From the IMG/VR virus record IMGVR_UViG_2687453727_000003: a stretch of DNA of 59,556 nt. One strand, written 5' to 3'. Under the pieces are notes generated by a model, which was not told the origin of the DNA, ran no database searches, and saw only the letters and a list, made by a program, of their open reading frames with translations. The translations under genes and the position numbers were made by a program. Each line of letters opens with the position of its first letter. The stretch's first letter is position 1. Below, piece by piece: positions 50,923-59,556 of the stretch. Source of the DNA: an uncultured virus (IMG/VR IMGVR_UViG_2687453727_000003) (lineage: Duplodnaviria > Heunggongvirae > Uroviricota > Caudoviricetes).

Positions 50923-51234
50923 ATGATATTTTTAGGGCTCGAGAAAATAGATGATACAAAAGCTAAGGTGGTTCTAATTCATTATTTTCCTGATCAATTA
51001 ACAGAAGAAGAGAAAAGCAAAGGTGTACTTGTAGAGAGTTTGCCTATAGATGAAGGAAATAAGGATGGAAAACTGAAAGAACTTCGTTACAGTTATGAGA
51101 GTAATACAGCTTATTATGAATATGTAGATATTCCAAAATCAGAATTAGAACTTTTAAAGGAACAAGTAAATGACTTAGCACAAGCAAATGCAGAGCTAAC
51201 AAGTATAGTAGCAATGGGAAAAACCAATGCTTAG
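50923..51234 (+). CDS. Putative tail fibre chaperone
   Basis: Position; YYEYVDIP followed by a coiled coil. Confidence 0.7.
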   Translation: MIFLGLEKIDDTKAKVVLIHYFPDQLTEEEKSKGVLVESLPIDEGNKDGKLKELRYSYESNTAYYEYVDIPKSELELLKEQVNDLAQANAELTSIVAMGKTNA

Positions 51235-51442
51235 TATAATAAATTTAATTTTAAGGAGAGTGTTTAGAATGCAATTTAATAAAAATAGCGGATGCGTAAA
51301 AGTATGGGTAACATTAATAGTAGGAGGTACTTATGAATATAAAGATGTTCCTAATCTTTTGAATTTACAAGAACAAGTAAAATTAGTTCTTGTAGATATG
51401 GGAATTAAAGAAGATTCAACAGCAGAAAGTAGTGCATCATAG
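51227..51442 (+). CDS. Small tail-associated protein
   Basis: VKVWVTLIVGGTYEYKDVPNL; probable start ~51269 after AAGGAG. Confidence 0.65.
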   Translation: MLSIINLILRRVFRMQFNKNSGCVKVWVTLIVGGTYEYKDVPNLLNLQEQVKLVLVDMGIKEDSTAESSAS

Positions 51443-51649
51443 GAAACTAGGAAGTAGTAAATAAAAGGATATAAGCAATAGATCAGCACCAATGAGGTGT
51501 TTTTTTACTGCTTATATAAAAGTATTGACTTTAGAAAGATTATATTTATATATGTAAAAAATTACTTCATTTTGAATATATAAAAGAATTTGTATTACGA
51601 TTTTCCTTGGATTAAATTGGTATAGCAGTTACTATAAATATAGAGAAAA

Positions 51650-51661
51650 GAACGCGCGTTC
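51650..51661. promoter_or_regulatory. Perfect LexA-box-like palindrome upstream of the Ig-domain genes
   Basis: GAACGCGCGTTC, 40 bp upstream of the ATG. Confidence 0.55.
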
Positions 51662-51700
51662 ATTTATTGTTCAAATTATTTAATAAGGGAGAAATGATAA

Positions 51701-52894
51701 ATGAAAAATTACTTTAAAAACTTTAGTATAATGTTTATTATGATATTAGCTATTGTGGGTGTTGGAATATTTAAAGACGGAATTATGGCTAATGCTGCTA
51801 CAATTGGACAACAATTATTAGAACCAGAAACTGGTTGGAGACGATATGAAGATTCAAATAGTGAAATAAATTATACAGGTACTTGGTATGTAGGTGATAT
51901 TCATAATACATCCCCATATGGAGCATCTGACAGTATTACTGGTTCTTCAGCAAAACTTAATTTTGATTTCTATGGATCAAAATTAAGAATTATAACATAT
52001 GCTGATCCAAATGGTAGCAAGAATGTAAAAATTACTATAGACGGAACTATATATGATGCGTTTACATCTTATAATAATAGCAATATGACTAAACGTTTAT
52101 CATATGAGATAACAGGTTTAGGTTTTGGTAAACATACTGTTTTAATTGAGAATCAATCAAATAACTCTTTGTATTTTGATGCTATAGATATAGATAAAGA
52201 AGGATATTTATTACCATATAATGAACAAGTTGAATCGATGTCATTAGATAAATCAACCATGAATTTAATAGAAGGAGATTCATCACAATTAACAGCTACA
52301 ACAACTCCAGAAGCAGTAGGAGTAACATGGAAGTCAAGCGACCCTTCAATAGCAACTATAGAGGTAGATCCTACCAATGGTAAAATCACAAAAGTAAATG
52401 CACTGAAAGAAGGAACTAGCACTATAACAGCAACTACAGCAGATGGAAGTAATTTGAGTGCATCATGTATTATAAATGTAACTAAAAAAGATGTTCCTCA
52501 ACCTACAGAACCAACAGGAACAGATAATATAGTTAATATTGCTCATGCAAAAGGTGATAACACTAATAATGCTGGTGGAGATGTTACAATTATATTTCAT
52601 GGAGCAGCTGATACTACATTAAGTGTAGTAAAAACAGCAGATGTAAAGGAAGTATGGGTAGGAGACAATTTTACTTATACTATAGTAGTAACTAATACTG
52701 GCACAAAGACAGCTAAAGCAGTAGTAGTAAATGATCCAGCTCCTAATCATATTGATTTTTTAGTTAATGGTGTAACAAGTACTCAAGGTAAAATTGATCC
52801 AAGCTCAACATCTAAAAATATTATAGTTAATGTTGGGGATATTGCTCCAGGTGCAACAGTTACAATAAAAATACCTGCAACAGTAATTCTTTAA
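51701..52894 (+). CDS. Secreted Big_2 Ig-like plus DUF11-like adhesion protein
   Basis: Signal peptide; WKSSDPSIAT; VGDNFTYTIVVTNTG. Confidence 0.85.
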   Translation: MKNYFKNFSIMFIMILAIVGVGIFKDGIMANAATIGQQLLEPETGWRRYEDSNSEINYTGTWYVGDIHNTSPYGASDSITGSSAKLNFDFYGSKLRIITYADPNGSKNVKITIDGTIYDAFTSYNNSNMTKRLSYEITGLGFGKHTVLIENQSNNSLYFDAIDIDKEGYLLPYNEQVESMSLDKSTMNLIEGDSSQLTATTTPEAVGVTWKSSDPSIATIEVDPTNGKITKVNALKEGTSTITATTADGSNLSASCIINVTKKDVPQPTEPTGTDNIVNIAHAKGDNTNNAGGDVTIIFHGAADTTLSVVKTADVKEVWVGDNFTYTIVVTNTGTKTAKAVVVNDPAPNHIDFLVNGVTSTQGKIDPSSTSKNIIVNVGDIAPGATVTIKIPATVIL

Positions 52895-52940
52895 ATATAT
52901 GTTTCAACAGAAGGAAGAAAAAATAAGGGAGAAATTATAA

Positions 52941-54020
52941 ATGAAAAATTATTTTAAAAGATTCAGTGTGATGTTATTAATGACTTTGATATTAGCGCTT
53001 GGGATTTGTGTAGGCGCTTTTGCTGATGATACTGGAGTAGTTGGAACTAAGAATCTAAATAGTACTGGTGAAAATAGTGCTAATATTGGGGATCAATTAA
53101 TAGTACCAGAAATAGGATGGAAAAGATATGATGATACTAATTCAAGAATTAATTTTTCAGATGGTTGGACTAGGGCGGATAATAATCAAACAGACAGTTA
53201 TCGTTTATCTAACTCATATAAGAAACCGACTAATGATTTAGATACTATAAAATTTTCTTTTTATGGTTCAAAAATAAGAATTATAAATTATGCATTTAGT
53301 GCATACGCAAAAGGGCAAACTATAATAATAGATGGTATAAAACATGATTTTGATGAGAATAGAACTAATGCTCAAGGAACAACGTTGTCATTTCAACTAT
53401 TAGGATTAGAAAAAGCAAAACATAATGTAATTATAGTTTCTCCTAAAGCAGATGGATATACTGGATTGGATGCTGTGGATATTGATGAAGATGGAGAATT
53501 ATTACCATATAATGAATCAATAACGTTAGATAAAGCAGCAATTAATATTACAGAGGGTGATTACGAACAGCTAACGGCCATAACAACTCCTGCGGCAGTA
53601 GAAGTTATATGGAAATCAAGTGATCCTTCAATAGCATCTATAGAAGTTGATCCTAGTAATGGTAAACTTATAAAAGTAAATGCACTTAAAGAAGGAACTT
53701 GTACCATAACAGCAACCACAGCAGATGGAAGTAATTTGAGTGCGTCATGTACAGTAAATGTCAATAAAAAAGATATTCCTATTCCTAATACGGATACAAA
53801 AACAGGAGCAATATTAATAATAAATTTAACAGATGGAGAAACCAAAGTATTTGATGTTTCATATTCAGAAGTGAGTAAATTTAAACAATGGTATAATACT
53901 AAATCAGAGTTTGAAAATAAACTTACATACGAATTTAGTAAAACAGTTAATTCAAATATTTCAATAGAAGAAGATGTTGTACATGACCAAATAACATCTT
54001 ACGAAATAAGAAAATATTAA
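52941..54020 (+). CDS. Secreted Big_2 Ig-like protein (paralogue)
   Basis: Signal peptide MKNYFK; shared PE.GW.RY.D domain and Ig domain. Confidence 0.85.
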   Translation: MKNYFKRFSVMLLMTLILALGICVGAFADDTGVVGTKNLNSTGENSANIGDQLIVPEIGWKRYDDTNSRINFSDGWTRADNNQTDSYRLSNSYKKPTNDLDTIKFSFYGSKIRIINYAFSAYAKGQTIIIDGIKHDFDENRTNAQGTTLSFQLLGLEKAKHNVIIVSPKADGYTGLDAVDIDEDGELLPYNESITLDKAAINITEGDYEQLTAITTPAAVEVIWKSSDPSIASIEVDPSNGKLIKVNALKEGTCTITATTADGSNLSASCTVNVNKKDIPIPNTDTKTGAILIINLTDGETKVFDVSYSEVSKFKQWYNTKSEFENKLTYEFSKTVNSNISIEEDVVHDQITSYEIRKY

Positions 54021-54095
54021 AAATGTATATTAGAGCACTTGCAGAAATGCAGGTGTTTTTTGCATATAAAAAATTTGAAATAGGGTAGGTGTAAT

Positions 54096-54332
54096 ATGAA
54101 TGAAGAATTAATTAGACACGAAATAGAAACTCACGACAAAAGGCTTAATAATCATGGAGATAGGCTTGATAAACTTGAACAGGATGGGAGGGAATTAAAG
54201 ACAGAATTAAAGAACTTATGTGAAAATCTGAAAAACTTAACTAGTATGATGAAGTGGTTTATAACTGCAATTGGAGGAGCTTTAATAAGCTTCTTTTTTT
54301 ATGCAGTTCAAACAGGAATATTTAATAAATAA
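54096..54332 (+). CDS. XhlA-family lysis protein
   Basis: HDKRLNNHGDRLDKLE coiled coil plus C-terminal transmembrane helix. Confidence 0.85.
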   Translation: MNEELIRHEIETHDKRLNNHGDRLDKLEQDGRELKTELKNLCENLKNLTSMMKWFITAIGGALISFFFYAVQTGIFNK

Positions 54333-54347
54333 TTGGAGGTATGGAAA

Positions 54348-54785
54348 ATGATAAAAGCTATTTTAAAATTATTAATCGAAGTATTAGGCAAGAGAGCAAT
54401 TAAAGCAGGATTAGAAGAAACATTATTAAAAAATCAAAATTATATTACGGCAGCCAAACAAATTTGGAATGTGGTTGAAGAAAACTTTAGAATCACTAAG
54501 ACTGTTGAAGAAAAAATTGCAAGCAAAGCAGATGAATTCGATAAAATGTTACTTGCCAAATTCCCAGAATTAACTCAGAACGATATATCTGAATTAAGAC
54601 AGGCAATTGCTGGTGAAGTAAATCAAGGGAAAGATGCTGCTTTAAGTGAAGTGGCTGCATTAAAGATACTACAAGATAGAAATGTAGAATTACAAACTGA
54701 GAATGCAAGTTTAAAAGATCAATTAAGCAAATTCAAATTGCTTGCGGCAGCAACAGCAAACACAGATGTACAGCAAACAGTATAA
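54348..54785 (+). CDS. Putative holin / lysis accessory protein
   Basis: Lies between XhlA and the endolysin. Confidence 0.55.
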   Translation: MIKAILKLLIEVLGKRAIKAGLEETLLKNQNYITAAKQIWNVVEENFRITKTVEEKIASKADEFDKMLLAKFPELTQNDISELRQAIAGEVNQGKDAALSEVAALKILQDRNVELQTENASLKDQLSKFKLLAAATANTDVQQTV

Positions 54786-54850
54786 GAATAGTTTTTAGAG
54801 TAGCCTTTATAGGTTGCTCTTATTTTTTTATTATAGAAAGGAAGATATAA

Positions 54851-55636
54851 ATGAAAGGTATAGATGTAAGTAATCATAACGGAAATATAAATTTTAATCA
54901 GGTAAAAGCTTCGGGAGTAGAAGCAGTTTACATTAAAGCTACAGAAGGAACAACTTTTAAAGATAGTTATTTAGACACTAATTATTCTAATGCACATTAC
55001 GTAGGATTGAAGACAGGATTCTATCATTTTCTAGTTGGGACTAGTGCGCCGGAAACTCAGGCCAATAGTTTTTATAATGCTATAAAAGATAAAGCCAGTG
55101 ATCTTATTCCAATGCTAGATGTAGAAACTAATTTTGATGGATTAATGGACTATATATTAAGATTTATTGCTAAATTTAAAGAGCTATCTAATATACAAAT
55201 TGGTATTTATACTTACACTAGTTTCATGGATAACTTAGATAATAGGATTGCTGATTATCCATTATGGGAAGCTAATTACAACAATAATCCATGGCAATTA
55301 AATTCTAATTTCTTTACCAATAGAGTAGGGCATCAATATAGCGAAACAGGATCAGTAAGTGGAATAAATACTGATTGTGATATGAATGAGTTTAATGAAG
55401 GAATATTAAATAAGACCACTGGATATGTTGTTACAAACTATCTACCTAATGGGTACCAAGGAAATAATGAATTTGAAGGTGTTGATTCTGATTATGTACT
55501 TCAATATTTTAAAGGGGTTAGGTGTTATTTTAGGGGAAACGAAAATGGTGTGTGGATTGAAACTCAGAATCTATCTATGAGCAGATGCTTAGAATTAAAG
55601 GAAACTTTGGGAAGTTGGTTTTATGATATAAAATAA
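54851..55636 (+). CDS. GH25 endolysin
   Basis: GIDVSNHNG, IKATEG, GFYHF, LDVE, HQYSETG...DMN. Confidence 0.95.
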   Translation: MKGIDVSNHNGNINFNQVKASGVEAVYIKATEGTTFKDSYLDTNYSNAHYVGLKTGFYHFLVGTSAPETQANSFYNAIKDKASDLIPMLDVETNFDGLMDYILRFIAKFKELSNIQIGIYTYTSFMDNLDNRIADYPLWEANYNNNPWQLNSNFFTNRVGHQYSETGSVSGINTDCDMNEFNEGILNKTTGYVVTNYLPNGYQGNNEFEGVDSDYVLQYFKGVRCYFRGNENGVWIETQNLSMSRCLELKETLGSWFYDIK

Positions 55637-55854
55637 TATAGTTTTGTTCAACTAAAGAAGTAGTAGCTAGTAGAGATCAAGCTACCACTCTGTTTTATGT
55701 CAGTACTTTAATGTTAAGAACAGAATTAGGAAATATACTATTATATAAATAATATATTATAAATTAGAGAGTGTGTGATAAAAAATAGAAAAGATAGCGA
55801 ATGAATTCATATAAATATCTTTTTACATTTTTTGGGAAAGGATTATAATATAAT

Positions 55855-55945
55855 TAGAAGAGTTAATAGGATTAGTTGGGTGTTCATTTAAACATTTCTG
55901 AATAAGGGAAGTAGAGAGAAATAATTATTCCCATTTCCCTTATTC
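55855..55945 (+). ncRNA. Candidate structured small RNA, copy 2
   Basis: TTTACA-N16-TATAAT; GGGTGTT-CATTTA-AACATTT (compensatory change relative to copy 1); 3' hairpin. Confidence 0.55.
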
Positions 55946-56382
55946 TCGGATATGCAAATATAAAAGCTAGAATATTTACATACAAATTAATATAAGATAC
56001 CATAGAAATTATTAATATAAATTATGTTTTTAATTTTAAAAGCAGTAGCTAGAAGCAATCTAACTACTGCTTATTTTCTTAACACGGAGAAATATACGAC
56101 GATATAAATTCTTATATCACTTTAATATATTATGGCACTGGGAAAATGCTACTAGAATATTCAAATATATTAGTGCATGAAAAAATAAAAACAGTAATTA
56201 GGGTGAAGCTAATTACTGTTTTTTGAAATTGATATTATACTAGTATTTTAAGAATAATAACTTTTCAGGAAATATTACTATAATAACAATATACTATAAG
56301 TTAAAGAAATCGTTACAACTGTAGGAGTGTAAATTAAATAAAAATAGTTCATATTTGCAATTAAAGAGTGTTATAATATTTA

Positions 56383-56466
56383 TGAGACAATTAATAAAAA
56401 AATGTTGGGTACTCATTTAAGCATTTTAGAGTAAAAGGAATAGAGAGAAATCTTTATTCTTTTTAT
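56383..56466 (+). ncRNA. Candidate structured small RNA, copy 3
   Basis: TGtTATAAT; GGGTACT-CATTTA-AGCATTT; GAAA-loop hairpin plus T-run. Confidence 0.5.
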
Positions 56467-56951
56467 GTTAACGGATATATAATAACAGCAGTCAGGAGGT
56501 TTCTAACTGCTGCTTCTTTATAAAAACGAAAGGTAATATAATTTTTTTATAAATGCATATAAAAATTAACACGACATGGAGAAAATGCCGCTTATATTAA
56601 TTAATATATTGTAGAGTAGAAAGAAATGTTACAGAAAAAAATTTATAGTTTTGTAAATGGCTATAATTTTCAATAGATATAGGGATCATATAAAAAATAC
56701 AATCCCTTTAAGTATATATATATATATGAACCAATACCCAATCACTATTATTATATTCGGTATTTGAGAAAAGAAGAACAAAAGGCAGTAAATTTTCAAT
56801 TAATTCACTGTCTCTTTATAATTTGCCAAACCATGAAAAAGTAATCAATTATAGTGTTAGTAAATTTCTACTATTTATACTATGGATTATTTGAGTTTCA
56901 TATAATATAATATAATATTCCACAACAGCATTAAGGTGGTGATTTTATTTT

Positions 56952-57113
56952 ATGAAAGATGTAACTATAGATACAATCAAAGATACAATCAAAGATACAA
57001 TAAGAGATCTTCCAGAAGAGGAGCAAGAAACGATATTACATTTAGCAGAAATATTTGAGGGTGAAGAAGATACCATTAATGAATATATTAAGAATGAATT
57101 GCTTGATGTATAG
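56952..57113 (+). CDS. Small acidic protein, 53 aa (paralogue of 4045-4194)
   Basis: MKDVTIDTIKDTIKDTIRDLPEEEQETILHLAEIFEGEEDTINEYIKNELLDV; one extra in-frame 12-bp GATACAATCAAA unit. Confidence 0.75.
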   Translation: MKDVTIDTIKDTIKDTIRDLPEEEQETILHLAEIFEGEEDTINEYIKNELLDV

Positions 57114-57332
57114 GAGAATAATTGATATAATATGTTCGATTAGATTGCACAAATACTAGTTTTAAAGGTAGATTAGGTAAAAATACTTAGTCTACCTTTT
57201 ATTTTTTGCGCAAAATAGAGATAGCAGAAGGTCAGGCGAATGACAGTCGAGCTATCTCTATTTGATTAATGTAGCGGTACGTTTTAATTATTAGCAGTAT
57301 TTGAATAAATTATGCATAAGATTATAAAGAAT

Positions 57333-57406
57333 AAAAAGGCAGCAGCCGAAGCCACCACCAGTCCATTTTGCAATTTTATTATACCTATAAAAAATACTTA
57401 ATTCAA
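57333..57406 (-). ncRNA. Candidate ultra-short sigmaA RNA, copy 2
   Basis: TTGAAT-N17-TATAAT; GCAAAATGGACT, UUCG-loop hairpin and T5. Confidence 0.5.
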
Positions 57407-57703
57407 GAGGAAACAAATATTAAAAAGAGATAGCTGGGAGACTGAGAAATTGCTATCTCTTTCTGTGCGTATAAATTTTACATTTGAGCAGTTATATTAT
57501 CTGCAGAACATAAAAAAATATACATCTAATATAACTTTTTTTCATACTACAGTTTATGTAGAAAGTGTGCAGTAAGAAATAAAAATAATGTTCTTTGAAA
57601 ATTGAATAATACGACTCTTACAAAATATGCTATAATTAATACAGAATAGTAAATCATGACGGAGTAAGCGTTATTTAACTAAAGTAAGTATGGAGGAACA
57701 TTT

Positions 57704-58420
57704 ATGTGCACAAGTTTTATTTATCGAGGGAAAGATACAATTATTGGAATGAATTTTGATAACAATGGCATGAAATATTCTATTGATACTAAAGATCCTA
57801 ACTGGTTTATTGTACAAGTTGATGGAGGGCGCGGAAAATATCCATCATTTGGAGTGGATTGTTCTGGTAGGTTTTTTAATAATCTTGTAGTTAATTCAAA
57901 TGGAAAAGGTTTATACAGAAGACCAAGCAAAAAAGTTACTCATACAACTAAACTTATAGTAGATATACTAAATGGAGCTATTTGCACTGAAAACTTGGAA
58001 GAATATTTAAGAAATGTTGAAGTTGTTAATACACCAGATTGTAGTTGTCATAATATGATTTGCGATTCTAACGGCAGTGTTTGGATAGTAGAACCTGGTC
58101 GTGGAAATATAAGTAATCCACCAAAATCTTCACAATTTTTTGTTATGACAAATTTCTCATTATGGGATTATTTACATGAAAATGTTGAATGTAATTGTGA
58201 TAGATTTAAAGCGGTATCAAGTGCATTTGAAAAAGCAGAACAAGTAAATGTTGAAAAAGCATTTAGTATACTTGACTCTGTAAGTCAAAGAAATGGAGGA
58301 TGGGTTACTACATTTTCCATGGTCTACTCAAAGAATTTTAATACAGTATATTATTGTTTAAATGGTAATTTTAATGAACGGTTTGAATATAAGTTTTTAT
58401 GTGACAAAAATGAATCATAG
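57704..58420 (+). CDS. Ntn-hydrolase (choloylglycine hydrolase / penicillin V acylase-like)
   Basis: N-terminal MCTS nucleophile, GMNFD, FGV, H...D.NG..WIVE, VMTNF. Confidence 0.75.
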   Translation: MCTSFIYRGKDTIIGMNFDNNGMKYSIDTKDPNWFIVQVDGGRGKYPSFGVDCSGRFFNNLVVNSNGKGLYRRPSKKVTHTTKLIVDILNGAICTENLEEYLRNVEVVNTPDCSCHNMICDSNGSVWIVEPGRGNISNPPKSSQFFVMTNFSLWDYLHENVECNCDRFKAVSSAFEKAEQVNVEKAFSILDSVSQRNGGWVTTFSMVYSKNFNTVYYCLNGNFNERFEYKFLCDKNES

Positions 58421-58614
58421 TTAGTGCACAACATTCTTAAGTTGAGTAGTAAAAATTAAACTATGTTAAAGGTATAAAAATAGAGGTAGTACTAACTGTT
58501 TCAAAGTACTATCCTCTATTTTTATTAGATGGAATAATTATGATTTCTTCAGTAAATAATTATTGACACAATATAGAAAGAATATACAATAATAGTAAGC
58601 AAAGGGGGATTAAA

Positions 58615-59556
58615 ATGACAAAAACTAAAAAAGTCATAAGCTTATTACTAACTTTACTATTTTCATTGTTTTTAATATCGTGTGGTAAGAGCTCACAAGT
58701 CAATAATACTAATAGTACAGCTGCTACTGCAGAAACAAAAACAGAAACTCAAAAAGCATTAGGAGATTTAAAGATACATTATATAGATGTTGGACAAGGT
58801 GACAGTGAATTAATTCAAATAGGAGATAAAAATATATTAATTGATGCGGGTACAAGTGATAAAAAGGCTTTAGATTATCTTAAATCAATTGGAGTCACTA
58901 CAATTGATTATGCAATTGCAACTCATCCACATGAGGATCATATAGGTAGCATGGATGATGTAATAAAAGCCTTTAATATTGGAAAATTCTATGCTCCAAA
59001 GGCTACAGCTAATACAAAAACTTTTAGTAATATGATAGATGCTCTAAAGAGCAAAAATATGCAAATAACTGCACCTAAAGTTGGAGATACGATAACAATT
59101 GGAGATGCAACATTAACATTTTTAGCGCCTAATAGTGCTAAGTATGATGATTTAAATAATTATTCTGTGGTTTGCAAGCTAAAGTATGGTAACACTAGCT
59201 TTATATTTATGGGAGATGCTGAAGATATAAGTGAGGGCGAGATACTACAAAAACAATTAGATATACAGGCTGATGTTTTAAAGGTTGGGCACCATGGAAG
59301 TCATTCGTCTACAACTCAAGCATTTTTAGATAAAGTAAAACCTAAATATGCAGTTATAAGTTGTGAAAAAGGTAATGATTATGGACACCCACACGAAGAA
59401 ACTTTAGATAAACTAAATGCTAAGAATATTAACGTTTTTAGAACAGATTTAGAGGGGACAATAATAGCAACAAGCGATGGAACCAATATAACATTCAATG
59501 TTAAGCCAGTTGATAAAGCCAACGATATACCTGGTGGAAGTAGTAAGAAAAAATAG
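58615..59556 (+). CDS. ComEC/Rec2-type MBL-fold lipoprotein (paralogue of 6800-7759)
   Basis: Same motifs; upstream terminator/promoter block 58473-58614 nearly identical to 6656-6799. Confidence 0.9.
   Translation: MTKTKKVISLLLTLLFSLFLISCGKSSQVNNTNSTAATAETKTETQKALGDLKIHYIDVGQGDSELIQIGDKNILIDAGTSDKKALDYLKSIGVTTIDYAIATHPHEDHIGSMDDVIKAFNIGKFYAPKATANTKTFSNMIDALKSKNMQITAPKVGDTITIGDATLTFLAPNSAKYDDLNNYSVVCKLKYGNTSFIFMGDAEDISEGEILQKQLDIQADVLKVGHHGSHSSTTQAFLDKVKPKYAVISCEKGNDYGHPHEETLDKLNAKNINVFRTDLEGTIIATSDGTNITFNVKPVDKANDIPGGSSKKK

Larger units (their letters stand above)
55655..57530. repeat. Array of promoter-hairpin cassettes (right copy), including a diverged ~530-bp tandem duplication
   Basis: Units ~55655-56180 and ~56185-56640 mirror 1535-1880; 56680-57530 mirrors 3393-5710. 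Confidence 0.7.
12065..59556. mobile_element. Contractile-tail prophage; putative attL ~12063-12064, attR beyond the window
   Basis: Complete module order from integrase through lysis and cargo. Confidence 0.95.

Noticed and set aside
58420..59556. attR of the main prophage
   Set aside because: No continuation of the ATPase frame was found; the window ends inside cargo.

Overview
AT-rich Clostridium-type DNA (C. beijerinckii-like gene content; taxon is an inference) holding two tandem integrative elements. 12065 to beyond 59556 is a near-complete contractile-tail prophage: large serine integrase, ImmA/CI/Cro switch, RecT-exonuclease-initiator-DnaB-RusA replication module, terminase/portal/MuF/capsid, Xkd-like tail and baseplate, XhlA-holin-GH25 lysis, then post-lysin cargo. 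1 to about 11973 is the right end of a second, related element; its cargo is a diverged paralogue of 55650-59556 and carries an IS3 and an IS982. The most striking signal is the ~92 bp between the two elements (11973-12064). It encodes in frame the Walker A to Asp-box segment (ATGSGKTTTIYTIL...NITTLEDP) of a GspE/PilB/ComGA-family ATPase, so the host gene appears to be cut twice by two elements. An XRE-HTH ORF without a start codon reads inward from the left junction and could only be completed on the excised circle. Also seen: dense arrays of ORF-less promoter-short transcript-terminator cassettes, many with sporulation-sigma-like promoters and some with structural covariation between copies; a +1 frameshift (CCC-TAG) at codon 8 of terL; a Spo0E-like domain; a MuF-JAB/immunity-like pair; and a HEPN moron. 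Family calls come from motif recognition only; no database searches were run.
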